DNA of 42,170 bases from a virus (Duplodnaviria; Caudoviricetes), in IMG/VR virus record IMGVR_UViG_3300033420_000012, positions 1-42,170 of that record; one strand, given 5' to 3'. Positions 11,338 through 24,664 of this stretch are shown one piece after another. Numbering within the stretch: the first letter of the stretch is position 1; the number at the start of each line of letters is the position of its first letter. The translations under genes and the position numbers were made by a program. The notes under the pieces were generated by a model, which ran no database searches, had not been told where the DNA came from, and saw only the letters and a program-made list of their open reading frames with translations.

Positions 11338-13613
11338 TGGCAAAATCTACCTGAATCAATCGAAATGCAACGACATATAGCCCCACTACTTCCGTAGGTG
11401 CTGGGGCTGTTTCTGGTTCTGGTATGAAGACATTGAATAGGGTGACACGTGGTGGCAAGAAACTTGGCACTGGTTCGATTCCTGCGAATATGACTGAGAG
11501 TGGTTTTAACACGATGCAAGCGTTTTATCCTGGGCAAGATGCTTTGGCTCTTGGTGGTGTGGTTGCTGGGATGCCTAATAAGTTTGTCCCTGTGACTGAT
11601 GCCCCTTTGTTGAAACAGTTCGCTGGCCCTAATAAGTCCTTGCCATTGAATCCTGCTTTGTGAATCTGACAAATGAGTTATCTTGGTTGACCTTCTACGA
11701 CTTGAGCTGGTGAGTCTTTGTCTGTTGAGTGAAAGGTATTTATTCCAAAGACGACAAAGTCTGGCAAGAAATGATTCTATGTTGATGCCGAAAAGGCCGC
11801 TAAATATGGAGGTTGATATATTCCTGTGACACAGAAAGCTCCTGTTGTTGGCAAGAAAAAGAAGGAGTTCCCTGATATCCTGACCTCGATCGACAGTGTT
11901 TTGACGTCGGCAATCAATGCCGAGAACAAACGTAGTGCGAAGAGCAAGAAAAGCTTGCCTGCTGGTTTGATTTCTGACTCTGGCCAATCGTCTTATGTCC
12001 ACGTATCTGATCCGAAGGTGAAGATATCGAGAGAGAAGAAGACATTGCCCGCTGGGCTGGTTCCTGATGCTTGATCGTACACTTCCGTGTCTGACTCTCC
12101 TGTCGTTTCATCTGTAAAGGTAAATAGGAACTCTGCGGATACGCAAATCCTAGTTGCTGACACTCCTGCAATGAAGTCGACGAAGTCGAAGAATTGGGTT
12201 GTTGATAAGTTTTATGGGTGATTGTCTGATAATGATTGGGTTTCTAATACGACAAACTTTGCTGTTTCTGATGGGATCGATATACATGAGAATCCAAAAT
12301 ATATTACGTGTGCGAAAGGATTCACTGCTTCGGCTGTGATCTCCGATGGGATTATCATGAAGAAGTTGCTTTTGCCTTCTTCTGGTGGCCAGTATTACTA
12401 TTTTACTGCTAATGGTAAGATTTATGATGGAACCTTTACTTTGAAAGCCACACTGACTGGCAATTTGAAAATACTAAACGCCGAGATCTTTGGGAATGAT
12501 ATTTTTGTTGTGACTGCTGGCAAGATACATCGTATCACGTTTACGGGGAATGATTTCTCGACATTTGGTGCTTTGACGATGGACTATATATCTTACACTG
12601 CGGATACGCAGTGATTTGCTTCTGATAAAGCTTTGGAACGTCCTTGCTATAACGCTACTGACTCTATATTTTATCGAGGTGCTGGCAATAAGTTGTTTTC
12701 TGTTTTGGCATCTGCTCCTACGGTTGTGATCACAAATCTGACATATCAGAGAGGTACAAAGATTGTCTCACTTCGCTTTTTCAATGGTGATTTGCGTGTG
12801 TATTGTAACTATATGAACGAACAATGATTTTTGACATATTATGGTCCGAATGGAGAAAGTACGTCAGTTTTCAAGAACAAGTACTTTATTGCGACTACAT
12901 CGGATGGTATTTTGGATTATGCTTTGATGAATGACGGTATTTACCAACTTCGTGGATTCCAGTTAGAAAGGCTTTTTGCTCGTTCTTTTGAATGATATGG
13001 ATATCGAGGTAGTACGAATCTTCCCGCTCATAATCTGATTGGGACGGGGAAAAACTTCTTTTACTTTTTGGACTGATACTCGATTTATTCATACTGACGT
13101 ACGTCTGTATCTCTTCCCTATGCTTTGTGTAAGGTAGCGACATTGGCAACATATACGTCTTGCATACCTTCCTCTTTTGGTGCTAATCCCTTGAACGTCT
13201 TGGGTTTTGATTTCAAGAATTATGTGCAGGATTCCACAAGTTATCATGGTGTCGGTACGATAGAATCTATCTATTTTTATGGCGGTGGGAACGAAGAGAC
13301 TGGTAAAAATAAGGATTTTCCCGAGACGATGAAGTCATTGAAGAAGGTTATTTGACAGACATTATATTCTCTTATCCCGACTGGATGTTCTGTGAAATTG
13401 GAGTTTTCTGTGGATGGTGGTGCGTATGAGACGATCGGAACGTATGTGACGGCGAATACTGGTTTGGTGCATATTTCATCTGTGAGCTATCCAAGGACAT
13501 ATCATCGATGCAAGATAAAGTTGACCCTGACTCCCTTGACGACTGCTTCTCCGAAAGTGTTTGATTATACACAGTTTTATGATATTATTACTCAATGGGT
13601 CAATGCTAATTAA
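11337..13613 (+). CDS. Tail nozzle/stabilisation-like protein with low-complexity N-terminus (758 aa)
   Basis: Six track fragments fall in one frame joined by TGA; beta-propeller-like C-terminal part; position after adaptor. Confidence 0.6.
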
Positions 13614-15225
13614 AAACAAACTTACAAAGACTTTGATTGGCGAGCAAGGTTGAAAGGACTTGTCCGTTTTGGCTACTGATGAGGTCATTCCTGACACTCC
13701 TCCTGTTACGATTCCTGTATCTCAACAGTGATTTCCTTTGCCTTTGTGAGAAAACTTGCCGTTTGGCCAGGCTGTACAGGTGGGGAATGACAACGGTGTT
13801 GGTAAAGCATATAATGTGTGATCTTCCGTCACCTCTGTTTCTGGTCCTATTCTTCTTGAAGAATTACCTTGATATTATACAGATTCTATTGTTTATGACG
13901 ATTCTACTATATTTTCCACGTATTGAAATTCTGTTTTCGTCAAAAAATATAATTCTTCTTTAGATGATGGTAGCCAGACTTCTCCGTTTGTTTCTTCTAC
14001 CACATATACTATTTCTTGAGTTACTGCCTGAGATAATTTGAATAAGTTTTGCAAATCTTCCGACTGAACTATCTTTATTTTTTATAAAAAGACATATTTT
14101 GAAGTTACTACTCATGTTTACTGTCGTCGTGTGTTCTATGATGGTACTACCTTAACTTTTTCTTCTGAGTATGATTTTAATGCATGAACTCCTATTTGAT
14201 GATCTCCCGAATCTTTTACCGTCTGACCTTGACCTGCTGGCAGTGTTTACTTATATTATTGCTATAAGGTCACTACAGTTTGATATCTTGGTTGTTCCGC
14301 TATTTCTTATAATTGATCTGCTGTTGTTGCGTCTTCTCCTGTCTCTTTTACGCTTACCCCTTTTTACAACTCTCCTGCTTTTTATGCGAATTTTTCTTAT
14401 GCATCTACTTGATATTATGATTCCGTAAATTGATATCATTGATGTCTTTTTTCTTATGCTGATGTTGTTGGTAATGCTAGTACTCCCCTTGTGTATTTTG
14501 TTTCTATGACTGGTGGTGCCTTTACCCCTTCGTCCGCTTTCTCTTCCTCTGTCACAAGTTTATGATTCAAAAAAGATAATAATACTTATTGATCAGTTGT
14601 CTGTATTGGTTTTGACCCCGATAGTCTAGTTTATTTTTTTTGTAGTAGGTATTCCCCTTCTTTTATTTATTATACTCGTTTATCTTCTTCTTGATTTTGA
14701 TTTTCTACTGTTTCCTCTCCATATAATGTTTGAGCCAATAATTATTGTTTTTATGATACCTATAATAAAAAGTCTTATTTTTCCTGATATCATAATTTCA
14801 TTACTCAAAAGATTGCACAAATTACCTTTTCCGCATCTGTATTTTTTTCTCTTTTATACTTTATCACGGTTCATACTTACAACTACAATAATGCCAACTA
14901 TACTTTTCTATTTACTCCGTACTGATTTATCTTAAACTGATTCTGATACTCTGGTAGTTCTGGTGAATGATCTATCCGAACTTCTTACAGATACTTCGTT
15001 CTTGATTCTCTTTCTGCTGTAGTTGGTCTTCTTTCGCAATGATGACAGGCTGGCGATATAAGGTATATCTTCCCGACTGGTTCGATCCTTGAGTGATTTA
15101 CTGGTAAAGTTTCTTGATCTATTTGATACATACAGTCTAATTGAACTATCTCTTGAATTATAACTCAATATCCGTATTGACGCTTTATATCCTCGACAAA
15201 GTTCCTTGTGGAAAGAATGTTTTAG
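13603..15225 (+). CDS. Tail/receptor-binding virion protein (540 aa)
   Basis: No TAA/TAG over 1.6 kb but many TGA; S/Y/F/G-rich beta composition. Confidence 0.7.
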
Positions 15226-15243
15226 TTTTTATCTTTTGTTTTC

Positions 15244-15816
15244 ATGCCTAAACAAGTCAAAACAGACTACGATATCATTTCCCAGAAATACTTACATAGC
15301 GACTTCGATACGCTGTGAAATGCTTTTTTTCGTGGTGACTTTCTTTTTGTTGGTGGATATTGTTGGGAAAAGTTTCCTCCAGAATCTCGTTTTGCTTTGA
15401 TGGATGATTTCAAAACTTTTATTGAAAACTTTGTGAGCTCATACGTGTATTCCAATGCGTGTCTGGATGTTATGAAGCCACTGGAGAAACAGTCGACAGC
15501 TAAGCTCGCTGTGTATCCATTACAAGCCATTTTGGAGAATTATTATATGAAGATGTTCTGATCGTTACCTGTTGATGACGAAATCAAGTTGCAACAAATG
15601 AGATTGCAATCCCAATGGAATAAAGTAAAAGCTAGTGCGAAGCAAATTATGGATGGAATAGATAAATACAAGGTCTCTTGTTACCGTCTTTCTGCTCCGC
15701 TCCCGATTAGTGCTATTTTCTATGATATTTCTACTCAGATTGATTCTTTTGTGAAAGATTATATTGATTACTCGTCCATGGTCGGATCTTATGAAAAATC
15801 TCTTTTTAGCATATAA
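15244..15816 (+). CDS. Hypothetical protein (190 aa)
   Basis: Open with two TGA; pyrimidine leader. Confidence 0.7.
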
Positions 15817-15827
15817 CCTCTTTTTCT

Positions 15828-16487
15828 ATGACAAACTACATTTCATTGTCTCTGTCTTTGTTTTTACAGATTCCTCGCTCGTACAAGACTGGTGATCGTG
15901 TCATCGACATTACCCAAAATACGACACGAGAGTATCAGAATGATCATTGGGTCGATCTCGAATGCCTGTATCTTCCGCAGGGAGAGAAAGGAGAAAAAGG
16001 CGATACTGTTCCTTCTAACGATATTGTCAATGCTCTCATCGGGTCTGATGCTTTTCTTGCTCTTGTAAAAGGTGCGAAGGGAGAAAGGTGATTGAAAGGT
16101 GAGAAAGGTGATACTGGTACTGACTGTGTTTCTCCGTCTGTCGATGAAGTTGCTACCAATCTGTATCCCAAACTTCTCGATAGCGAAATCCTTCTTGAAA
16201 AGATAAAAGGGGAGAAATGAGAGAAGTGAGAAAAGGGCAATGATGGCGACACTGGTCCACAGTGATTGCAATGAGAGAAAGGCGAGAAGTGAGAGCCTGG
16301 TGTTTCTCCAAAAGTTGACTACAGCACGCTTGCACTTTCTGTCGTCCAGATGTTGAAGAATGACAAAGGGTTTATCGAGCTTTGTACTGGGCCACAAGGG
16401 CCACAAGGCGAGAAGTGACCACAAGGAGAGCAGTGAAGATCTATAAAGGGTGACAAGGGCGATGCTGTTTTAGTTCCTACTTCTTAA
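15828..16487 (+). CDS. Collagen-like (Gly-X-Y) fibre protein (219 aa)
   Basis: GEK/GPQ triplet runs in which TGA falls on the Gly positions. Confidence 0.9.
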
Positions 16488-16491
16488 TTTT

Positions 16492-16755
16492 ATGGCTCAA
16501 GTTATGTCACAACCTGAAGAAGAACTTTTGTCGTCATGACAAATGCTTTTTCGTAAAAAAAGATATTGGGACGCTATCAATAGCTTGGAATATATTTGCC
16601 ATGCTCGTGCTGGTTCTAGTTTGAATGATTTGGCGTGGAGAATCTACAAAACGCACTATGATGCTGATTGAAATCTTGAAGAATCCCGAGTCTCGGAAAA
16701 TTTTAATTGTTCCATCCCCGACATTTTGACGGTGGCTGGGTATACTTACATCTAA
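16492..16755 (+). CDS. Small virion-associated protein (87 aa)
   Basis: EYICHARAGSSLNDLAWRIYK; stop overlaps the next start (TAATG). Confidence 0.7.
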
Positions 16756-18824
16756 TGCCTCCAATCTCCAAAATCAATCCGTATACTGGTCAGCCCGATT
16801 TGGTCTGATCTTCTTGAGGTAGCGCCGTTGCTGGCACTGTTGTTTTTATTGGCAATATAAATCTACCATGAGATTTTCCAACTTCTGCTCTTGTTAAAAA
16901 ATGATATACGTATTATATCGGGACTGATGTGACTGATAGTGATGGGACGAAGACAGCTACAGGTTTGTCTTTCAAAGTCGGCGATATTATTATGCGGAAT
17001 GGTGCAACGTGGATAAAATATGGATACTTCGATATTGCTTCTCATCAATTCATTACTTGACTTGCAAATCCTGCTCATTCCGAAGGTCTTATTTTCTACG
17101 ATAGTACAAAAAAGGCTGTTTCATACTATAATGATGAGGCAGACGTTACGATAAATATTTGACAGGAGACTATTATTAGGGTAAAGAATGAAACAGGAGC
17201 AATAGTTCCCAATTGATCAGTTGTTTATCCTACTTGATCCGATGGTACTGATATTTTAATATGACTAGCAAATGCTAGTGAAAAACTTAAATGTCGTTTG
17301 ATATGAGTTGCCACACATTCCATCGAAAATATGACGACGTGATATGTTACAAAGTTTTGAGAGGTCGGTGGTCTTGATACGTCGATGTATACGAGTGGTG
17401 ACATTCTCTATTTGTCAAATGCTGATGGTCAAATTACTACTACAAAGCCCACATGATGATCTTTTATTACACAAGTCTGAGTTGTAAAAATTATCCATGC
17501 AACTGCATGATCTATTTTTGTCGATATAAGTACAACTGAGTTTTCTGTTGAGGCATCACAAGTAGTCTGACGAAGTCCTACTGATAAACCTACTATTTCT
17601 TTTAGTGATGCTACAAGGACACTTACAGTGACTCCAACTGCTACAACGTTTAGATTTTACCAATTTGGTGATAAATACACGAAATTGACGGATTCTATCC
17701 AGATCCCAGACGAAGAAGGTACTTTTGTTATTTACTACAATCTTGGGACAATAACGTATGTTAAAAATCCTACGTCTGCACAGATTGCCGTTCTTATACC
17801 AAATAATCCTCTTGTTGCATATGTTTATTGGAATGCCGTTGATAATAAGGCTGAATATATCTGAAACGAATTACACGAGATAGGTATGTCTTGAGATACA
17901 CATCTTTACGCCCATTTTGCTTTTGGTGCTAGATATATTTCTGGAATACAACCAACTTGATACAATGTCACTGGTAACTGATCATCCGATGCACACGCTC
18001 AAGTTTGATTTACTGCTTGATGAATTTCTGATGAAGATATTTATCATCCAACTCCTGCCATAGCTTCTACTGTTTGACTTCCAATCGCTTACATAGCTGG
18101 GACAGACGTTGCCCCTACTTTGAGATTTACAACAAATGCTTGATTTGCTTTTCTTAATACTTGAACTGGTAGGGTTGCGTATAATAGGGTTGTTGCATGA
18201 AATCGGGTGTTGTCTGAAAGTACAAGTGATGACTTTGTCTTGCTCCATATCATAGCTATCAATGAGAATAATCAAAATAAGAGAGTAATTGCTTTAGTAT
18301 GACAAGCAAACTATACAACCACAACTTTAGCAAGGGCTGGTGCTAGGTTAGAACTGAAAACACTTTATACAACTGGTCTTTTCCCGCAGGAAAAGGTGAA
18401 TATAGCAACGTTTATTATCCAAACAAACATTTCTTATACGAATTCTGTCAATGCTAGGTTTGTCCAGATTTCTGCTACGGAACCCTATATCGATCGGACT
18501 GAAACTTCTATTTGAAACCCATGAAGTACATCCGTTACAAGCACGTTTGATGACGCACAGTTCGAGGTCTATGATGATGGTGATATCTCCAAAAAAGTAT
18601 GATTTGAAGTTTCGGGAGTCACGACAGGGACAAAGAGAATAATCACCGTTCCAGATGCTAATAGTACAACGGTCACTACGTGAGCACAGACATTTGGTTG
18701 AGTAAAGACTTTCACCGTGTCGCCTATCGTTCCGATACCTACGACACCAACACAATCTGCCAATAAAGAATATGTTGATGAGGTAGACGATAACGCTTTC
18801 TTTTATGCTTTAGCTTTTTGATAA
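16755..18824 (+). CDS. Tail fibre protein (689 aa)
   Basis: GD..WNG..W, GAQTFGGVKTF and ANKEYVD fibre motifs; open with TGA=Gly. Confidence 0.85.
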
Positions 18825-18825
18825 C

Positions 18826-19821
18826 ATGAAACAACTTATCTGAGTAAACATTGGCTCGTATGCCTTCGATAAGACAGCGAAGACTGTCACAATTTCTGGT
18901 ATTACTGATACGATAAGGCTTGAGTGGCTTTACGCTATCGTGAACACCAATACTAACACTATTATTTACCAGCCGAATAAGGTTGGTAAGGGTGCGACGT
19001 TGGCGTGATATGTTTTTACGTTGGACTATGATACGTCCGCTATGACGAATACTGACGAGCTTATGATCATTATGGATTTGCCAGAAAGTTCGAATGTCGC
19101 CTCGACTGCCGTTACTTCTCCAAACGCTGAGTACAAAAGCCCTTTTGATTTTACTGCAGTATTTACAAGCGGGACGACTATTACTTTATCTGTTCTCCCG
19201 ATCTCGATAACTGATAACTCTCAAATTTCCTACATAAAAGTTGTACCTGCTTCTTGAGAGTCGAAAATATGGCAAAATGGGATAAATTGTACGTTGAGAA
19301 TATCTGGGTCCGTTGTGACAATTTATAATTACACTGGGACACCTTTTGTGACGTGAGATGTGTATGAAGTTGGAATAAACGGTGCAATGAAGGCTTTTGA
19401 GTTAAATCTAAACGCTTTGCTTGCCCTCATTCAGAATCCAGATGCTTCATACTATCAACCTGTAGATCTTGCAGGCACAACGAATGTACCAGCTGCGACA
19501 AATTACTATCCTTCTGCAACTGGTATGTCTATTGATTCTTTCAAAAATCAGTCTTTGACTTTTGATATGATCGATGCTGATGGGACAATGACTTTGACGG
19601 TTGAGGTTAACAATGATCAAGCTCTTTTATCATCTAATCCCATACAAATTTATATGTTTGATGATAAAGCAAACGCAAAAGCGAATAGCCGAGCAGTGAC
19701 AAATGGGACTCTTTCTGGTGCTATTTCTTTTACTGATTTCAATTATCAGTTTTTCAGAATAAAGATGGTCAATAGTGGTGCGACAAACACGTTTAATCTT
19801 AAATGACGTCAGGTTTATTAA
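18826..19821 (+). CDS. Tail/virion protein (331 aa)
   Basis: YAFDKTAKTVTI..IRLEWLYAIVN N-terminus; fragments 19021 and 19360 in frame. Confidence 0.7.
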
Positions 19822-19843
19822 TTTTATTTTTTTCCTTTCTAAA

Positions 19844-20119
19844 ATGACAACAGAAAAAATCCAAGAAATTGCACAGCTATTTATAGCGAATCCACACCTT
19901 AATCCCACTGGGGTGATGTATGGATACATTTTTGGTATCTATGCCGAGAATGAACACTATAGTGTCGAGGAAATAAGAGCCATAAAAGACACCGTCGTGA
20001 CACTTACTGCTCCAGTCGTTACTGACCCTCCTATGGAGTTTCCTGTTATAGGTGAAGAGCCAGTAGTCCAACCAACCATGGAAGAGATAGTCCAATTACT
20101 TTTACCTATTGCCCCATAA
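19844..20119 (+). CDS. Hypothetical protein (91 aa)
   Basis: ATG after pyrimidine leader; coupled TAATG with the next gene. Confidence 0.7.
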   Translation: MTTEKIQEIAQLFIANPHLNPTGVMYGYIFGIYAENEHYSVEEIRAIKDTVVTLTAPVVTDPPMEFPVIGEEPVVQPTMEEIVQLLLPIAP

Positions 20120-21381
20120 TGAAAGAAAGTCTTTACTCACAATGAAAACCTGTAGAGAGATATACTTTCAACTCAGAACAGGATACAAGAAGGCAGGGGA
20201 CTGTTGTAGGTACTCCTACTTTTTCTAATTGAACTATGACAACAAGTGCTGTTTGAAATTATATAAATACTAGATATGATTTTTCTTGAAAGACAAAATT
20301 CACAGTAAGAATAAAGTGATCGCCTATAGCTAATATTTCTATTTCTCAATGAGACGATAATAATAACAGAGTAGATTTTAGAATATGAAATAACGCTGTG
20401 AACTGAGAAGCTTTTATCATTTGCAATGCGTGAAACTCTTTTATGTTTACGCCACCTAATACAACAAGTACTACTCGTAATGTATTTTTTGTTTATGATG
20501 GAGCGTGAGCTACAAATGAAGATAGGGCAAAGGTATATGTAAATTGAGTTTTGGCTACACCATCATTTACTTGAACTATACCATCTTCTTGCCCTAAATT
20601 AACAAGTAAAAACGCTAGGATATGAAATACATATTCTTGATGATATTTGACTAATAATTGAACTATCGAATTTGCTGAAATCTACAACTACGCTTGGACA
20701 GCCTCACAAGTAGCGAACGACTATAACAATTCTACATACAAAGACATAAGAAACTGACTTGTATTGGATATTGATAGTAGGCAAGGAGTGATTGAGGATA
20801 AGATTGGGAATACTTTCACGAATACGCTAGTGAAATTAAAGAAAAAATGACCATATCAGCATATGTCTTTCCCTATAGCTTGAACTTGATTCTTGAACTT
20901 TTGAGATAACATAAAGTACGAATTAAACGATATGACTATATTCTTTTGGATAACACATAGTTCTTTAGCAACGACAAATATAATTTGGGCGAAGTACAAT
21001 ACTGTATGAGATAAGAGGGAGTATCAATACGCGGTAAACTCAACAAGTATAAATTTCGTAAAAAGTTCCGATTGAACTGTAGCAAACGCACAATCTGTAC
21101 CGTATGTTTTTGCACCAGTAGTTTGAAAAATTTATTGTTTTTGATTTACTAAATCTTGAGTAAATTACGCACATTACATAAATTGAGCAAGTGTTGCAAA
21201 TTGAACTTTTACGAACGCTACTATATTTCATTGAGACGCTATTTCTGAATTGAGTTGACAGAATACTTGAACATCAAACCTAATTAAATGAGATATGCCC
21301 ATATTCAGACTCTACAACCGTGCATTATCAGCAAATGAGATTATGAATTTATATACATCGCAAAAGCCTTACTTCTTATAA
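20119..21381 (+). CDS. LamG/ConA-like jelly-roll protein, two domains (420 aa)
   Basis: VYVNG, IYNYAWTASQV and RLYNRALSANEI motifs; absent from the standard-code track. Confidence 0.85.
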
Positions 21382-21389
21382 AATAAACC

Positions 21390-23291
21390 ATGGCAAAAGT
21401 TTTTTCATTCAATCCAGAATTATGAAATTTCGCTGATCAAGTCAGTGGGAATCTTTTGACATATTCTTGAAGTTTGAAAAATGTAAGGCTTGGTAATTGA
21501 TATGCTGTAAATTCATTAGCACAAGATTGACACGCTACAGGATGAACAATATCTTTGGCTTGAGATTTTACTATGTATTGCGGTTTCTATTGAAGAGGTT
21601 TTAAGAGTTCTGCAAGTTCAGCAAATATTTTGTTCACACTATGAAGCTTTTGAGGTGGTTGAGGTTGATTTTGATTCACAATAAACTCATCAAACAATAT
21701 GCAATTTTTCCAATTACTACCACTAATAAATAGAACATTCACATCAACAAATATAAAAGACTGAAGGTGGCATTTCATATCAGTAAAGAGAGTATGAACG
21801 ACACTTACATATATTATAGATTGAGTTTCACAATGAGTAACGAACACTTCATCATACGCTCCGAATCTTACTGTGAGAATACTTTGAGATTCCAATATAT
21901 ACAGATGGTTTAATTGAAGCGTGAACTTGGCAGAAATGCACAATACCGCCCTATCAGATACACAAATAAAATCAATTTATAAGGCTTGGCTTAATAGACA
22001 GCCACTCCTAGAAAAGAAAACAAACTTTGTATATCCCAAACCAACAACACTTACAGAGCCTTGACTTGTAGGAGCTTGGAATATGAAACCAAACGGAAGG
22101 ACACTTGTCGACATTAGTGGGAACTGAAACAATGGTACGATAGTTTGAGCATATCCAAACAAAGAATGAATGGTGTTTGATTGAATAAACGATTATGTAT
22201 TTGTTTCTGATAATGTTTCGTTAGATATAACATCAAATGTGACACTTATGGCACGTATAAAATTAAATTCTTTTTCGTGAGATATGTCTATAATCGAAAA
22301 AGGGAATGCAATTCCGAATATAAACTATTCTATGCGTGTTAATTGATGAAAGCTTCGTTTTATTATTTTTAATGTTTGATATAATACTTCACAATCTAAT
22401 GATATTGTTATAACTACATGAGTTCCGCATACTTTGTGTATTACTTACAATAATACATCGTGTAAAATGCTAGTCAACTGAATATTGGTAGCTAGTTCTT
22501 TTGTATCTGGTTCTGCCAAAACTATGTTGCAAAACAATAATTATCTTGCTATTTCTAAAGCATGAGAAAATAACTCATGATATATAAACTGAGAAGTTAT
22601 AGAAACAAGAGTATATAATCGTGTGCTTACAGACCAAGAAATCAAAAACTACCACAACAAATGGGCAAGACAAATAGTATTCAAAGAAACGTTTGCATAC
22701 GATAAGGCAGATTGAAATACTGTTGTCACACAAGGGTGGATAAGCTTTACATGATCGTCAAAACTCGTAACGAATACAGCAACAAACGCCATAGTAAAGA
22801 AATGAGAAAAATACTACGAAAGCATAAATCAACATAACTACGCATACCCATTACAACAAGCATATTGAACTTTTGAGTTTAACGTTTACAAGATAGCTTG
22901 AAATGAGATAAGGGTATCGTTCATAAACTGAACAGTTAGGATGTTGTTCTCTGCCTCGTATACTTTCTTTTTCAATGTAGACAATCGTTTGATGTTATTC
23001 AAGGATTGAGCGATATGAGCTGACTTATTTTGGTACACAAATAAAAACTACTTGGCAAATAGTACTCGATATAGAATAAGAATAACTAGAACTACCACTT
23101 GAGTGTTTACTGTATATGTAAAATGATGAGCGTTCGCAGACTACACTCTTGTATCAACGGCATGATGAAATGGTACAAATCCAGTCACAAACAATGTGAA
23201 TACCGTTTCAAAGTCATTTGCTGTCCAGCCTTCGACTTGAGCATGAAACAGAATATCAAACATAGTAATCAAACAATGAGTAGAAGTTTAG
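21390..23291 (+). CDS. Multi-LamG receptor-binding-like protein (633 aa)
   Basis: LVGAWNM, DISGNGNNGT, FDGINDYV and RVYNRVLTDQEI motifs; dozens of TGA, no TAA/TAG. Confidence 0.85.
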
Positions 23292-23371
23292 CTTGAAATT
23301 TATAAAAAAAAGTGTATAGCAAAATATGTGTGGGGTAGGTCTTCGATCCACGTCTTTATTTCTTTCTTTAT

Positions 23372-23644
23372 ATGTCACGAATGTATATCACCCAATCAGT
23401 AATAAATATGATACTTTCCGCAGTTGGGTGAGTATTGACGGCTATTGTAGCAACTGTTCGATACGCTAGGTGATTCAAAGAAATTGTCTATGGTCTCAAA
23501 AATGACTTCGACAAACACTGCGACGAATCCAATGACTACAGAAGAAGGACCACCAATAATGAAGTCATGCTTGAAGCGGTCAAGACAGATCTCGTATGGA
23601 TCAAAACAATGCTCCTAAAAATAGACGAAAGAATGCAATCATAA
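23372..23644 (+). CDS. Membrane protein, TM plus coiled coil (holin-like, 90 aa)
   Basis: Hydrophobic N-terminal helix; first gene of the lysis cluster. Confidence 0.6.
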
Positions 23645-23666
23645 TTTTATTTCCTTCCCTTTTTCC

Positions 23667-23873
23667 ATGGAATACTGATGTCATAATTGTCTCCGCTCTT
23701 GTGGTGTTTGAAAGCAATGTATTGATTATGAGTTTGCTACGAAAGAGCAAATCAAGATTAACCTCGAGGAAAAAAAACAAATAGCCTCCAGTGTTTGCGA
23801 CATATCTGAGTACGATGAGAGCGACGCACTTTTACGTGCTATGCTGTCGAGAAAATCTATTTTGGACAAATAA
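23667..23873 (+). CDS. Small Cys-rich protein (68 aa)
   Basis: CHNCLRSC...C; pyrimidine leader; TAA stop. Confidence 0.55.
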
Positions 23874-23897
23874 CTTTTATTTCCTTCCCCTTTTCCT

Positions 23898-24095
23898 ATG
23901 AATGAATCAATCAACTGGCGAGAAAGTACAACTCTTCAAGGTGCTATTATTACTCTTGTGTCTTTTAGTGTCGGCTTTGTCACTGATAAACTTTCTCCAT
24001 CTGATGTTGCGACAGTCATCACGTCCATCTTTACTATTCTAGGTATCGTAATGACAATCTATGGTCGTTCTGTAGCTACTAAAACAATTAAATAA
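23898..24095 (+). CDS. Holin (65 aa, 2 TM)
   Basis: WWES-T-LQG N-terminus (CGA=Trp), two hydrophobic helices, IYGR..A tail; adjacent to endolysin. Confidence 0.8.
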   Translation: MNESINWRESTTLQGAIITLVSFSVGFVTDKLSPSDVATVITSIFTILGIVMTIYGRSVATKTIK

Positions 24096-24565
24096 TGGCA
24101 CCAAAAAAACAAACTGATCTAAAACTCCTGAAGAAGGTGATGCTTGATAAGGTCAAGGTATTTATGGCGATATGTAAAGCATACGCCCTTCGTGTCTTTG
24201 TGACTGAAACACTTCGTACAGCAGAACGTCAGGCTTATCTTTGGTCTGTCGGTCGCACAATATCTATCACAAGTAAGAAGGTGACATGGACCAAAGTATC
24301 CATGCACCAATCTGGGCTTGCTGTCGATCGGGCTTTTGTTGGTACGATGTATAAAGGCGATCGGGATGCGTTCCGACATTTCGCAAAACATTGTGGTCTT
24401 ACTAAGATTATACAAGAGCAATGCCATACACAAGATAATTGCTATACTGTCGAGGAAGTGATGGCAAGGAATAGTAGACTTTGGGAGTCATCTGAATGAG
24501 ATGTATCTTATAGAAAACTATTGCATAAGATAAATGATGAGTTTAGAAAGCTTTGATACAAATAG
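24095..24565 (+). CDS. Endolysin, M15-family peptidase (156 aa)
   Basis: ETLRTAERQAYL, VTWT..SMHQSGLAVD and E..H motifs. Confidence 0.85.
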
Positions 24566-24590
24566 GCTCCCGAAAGGGGGTTTTTCTTTT
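24564..24590 (+). terminator. Intrinsic terminator of the late operon
   Basis: AGGCTCCC-GAA-GGGGGTTT followed by a T run. Confidence 0.75.
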
Positions 24591-24634
24591 GCAGAAAAAA
24601 GTCCAAAAATCAGAGAAAAAAGTCCAAAAATCTC

Positions 24635-24664
24635 TTGCAATTCTACAAAAAAAGAATATAACAT
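24635..24664 (+). promoter_or_regulatory. Promoter for the replication module
   Basis: TTGCAA-N16-TATAAC preceded by duplicated AAAAAAGTCCAAAAATC. Confidence 0.6.

Noticed and set aside
15828-16487. TGA=Trp (code 4)
   Set aside because: TGA falls on the Gly of Gly-X-Y triplets and of Walker/signature motifs
13603-23291. Diversity-generating retroelement acting on fibre/LamG genes
   Set aside because: No reverse transcriptase gene and no TR/VR pair seen by eye
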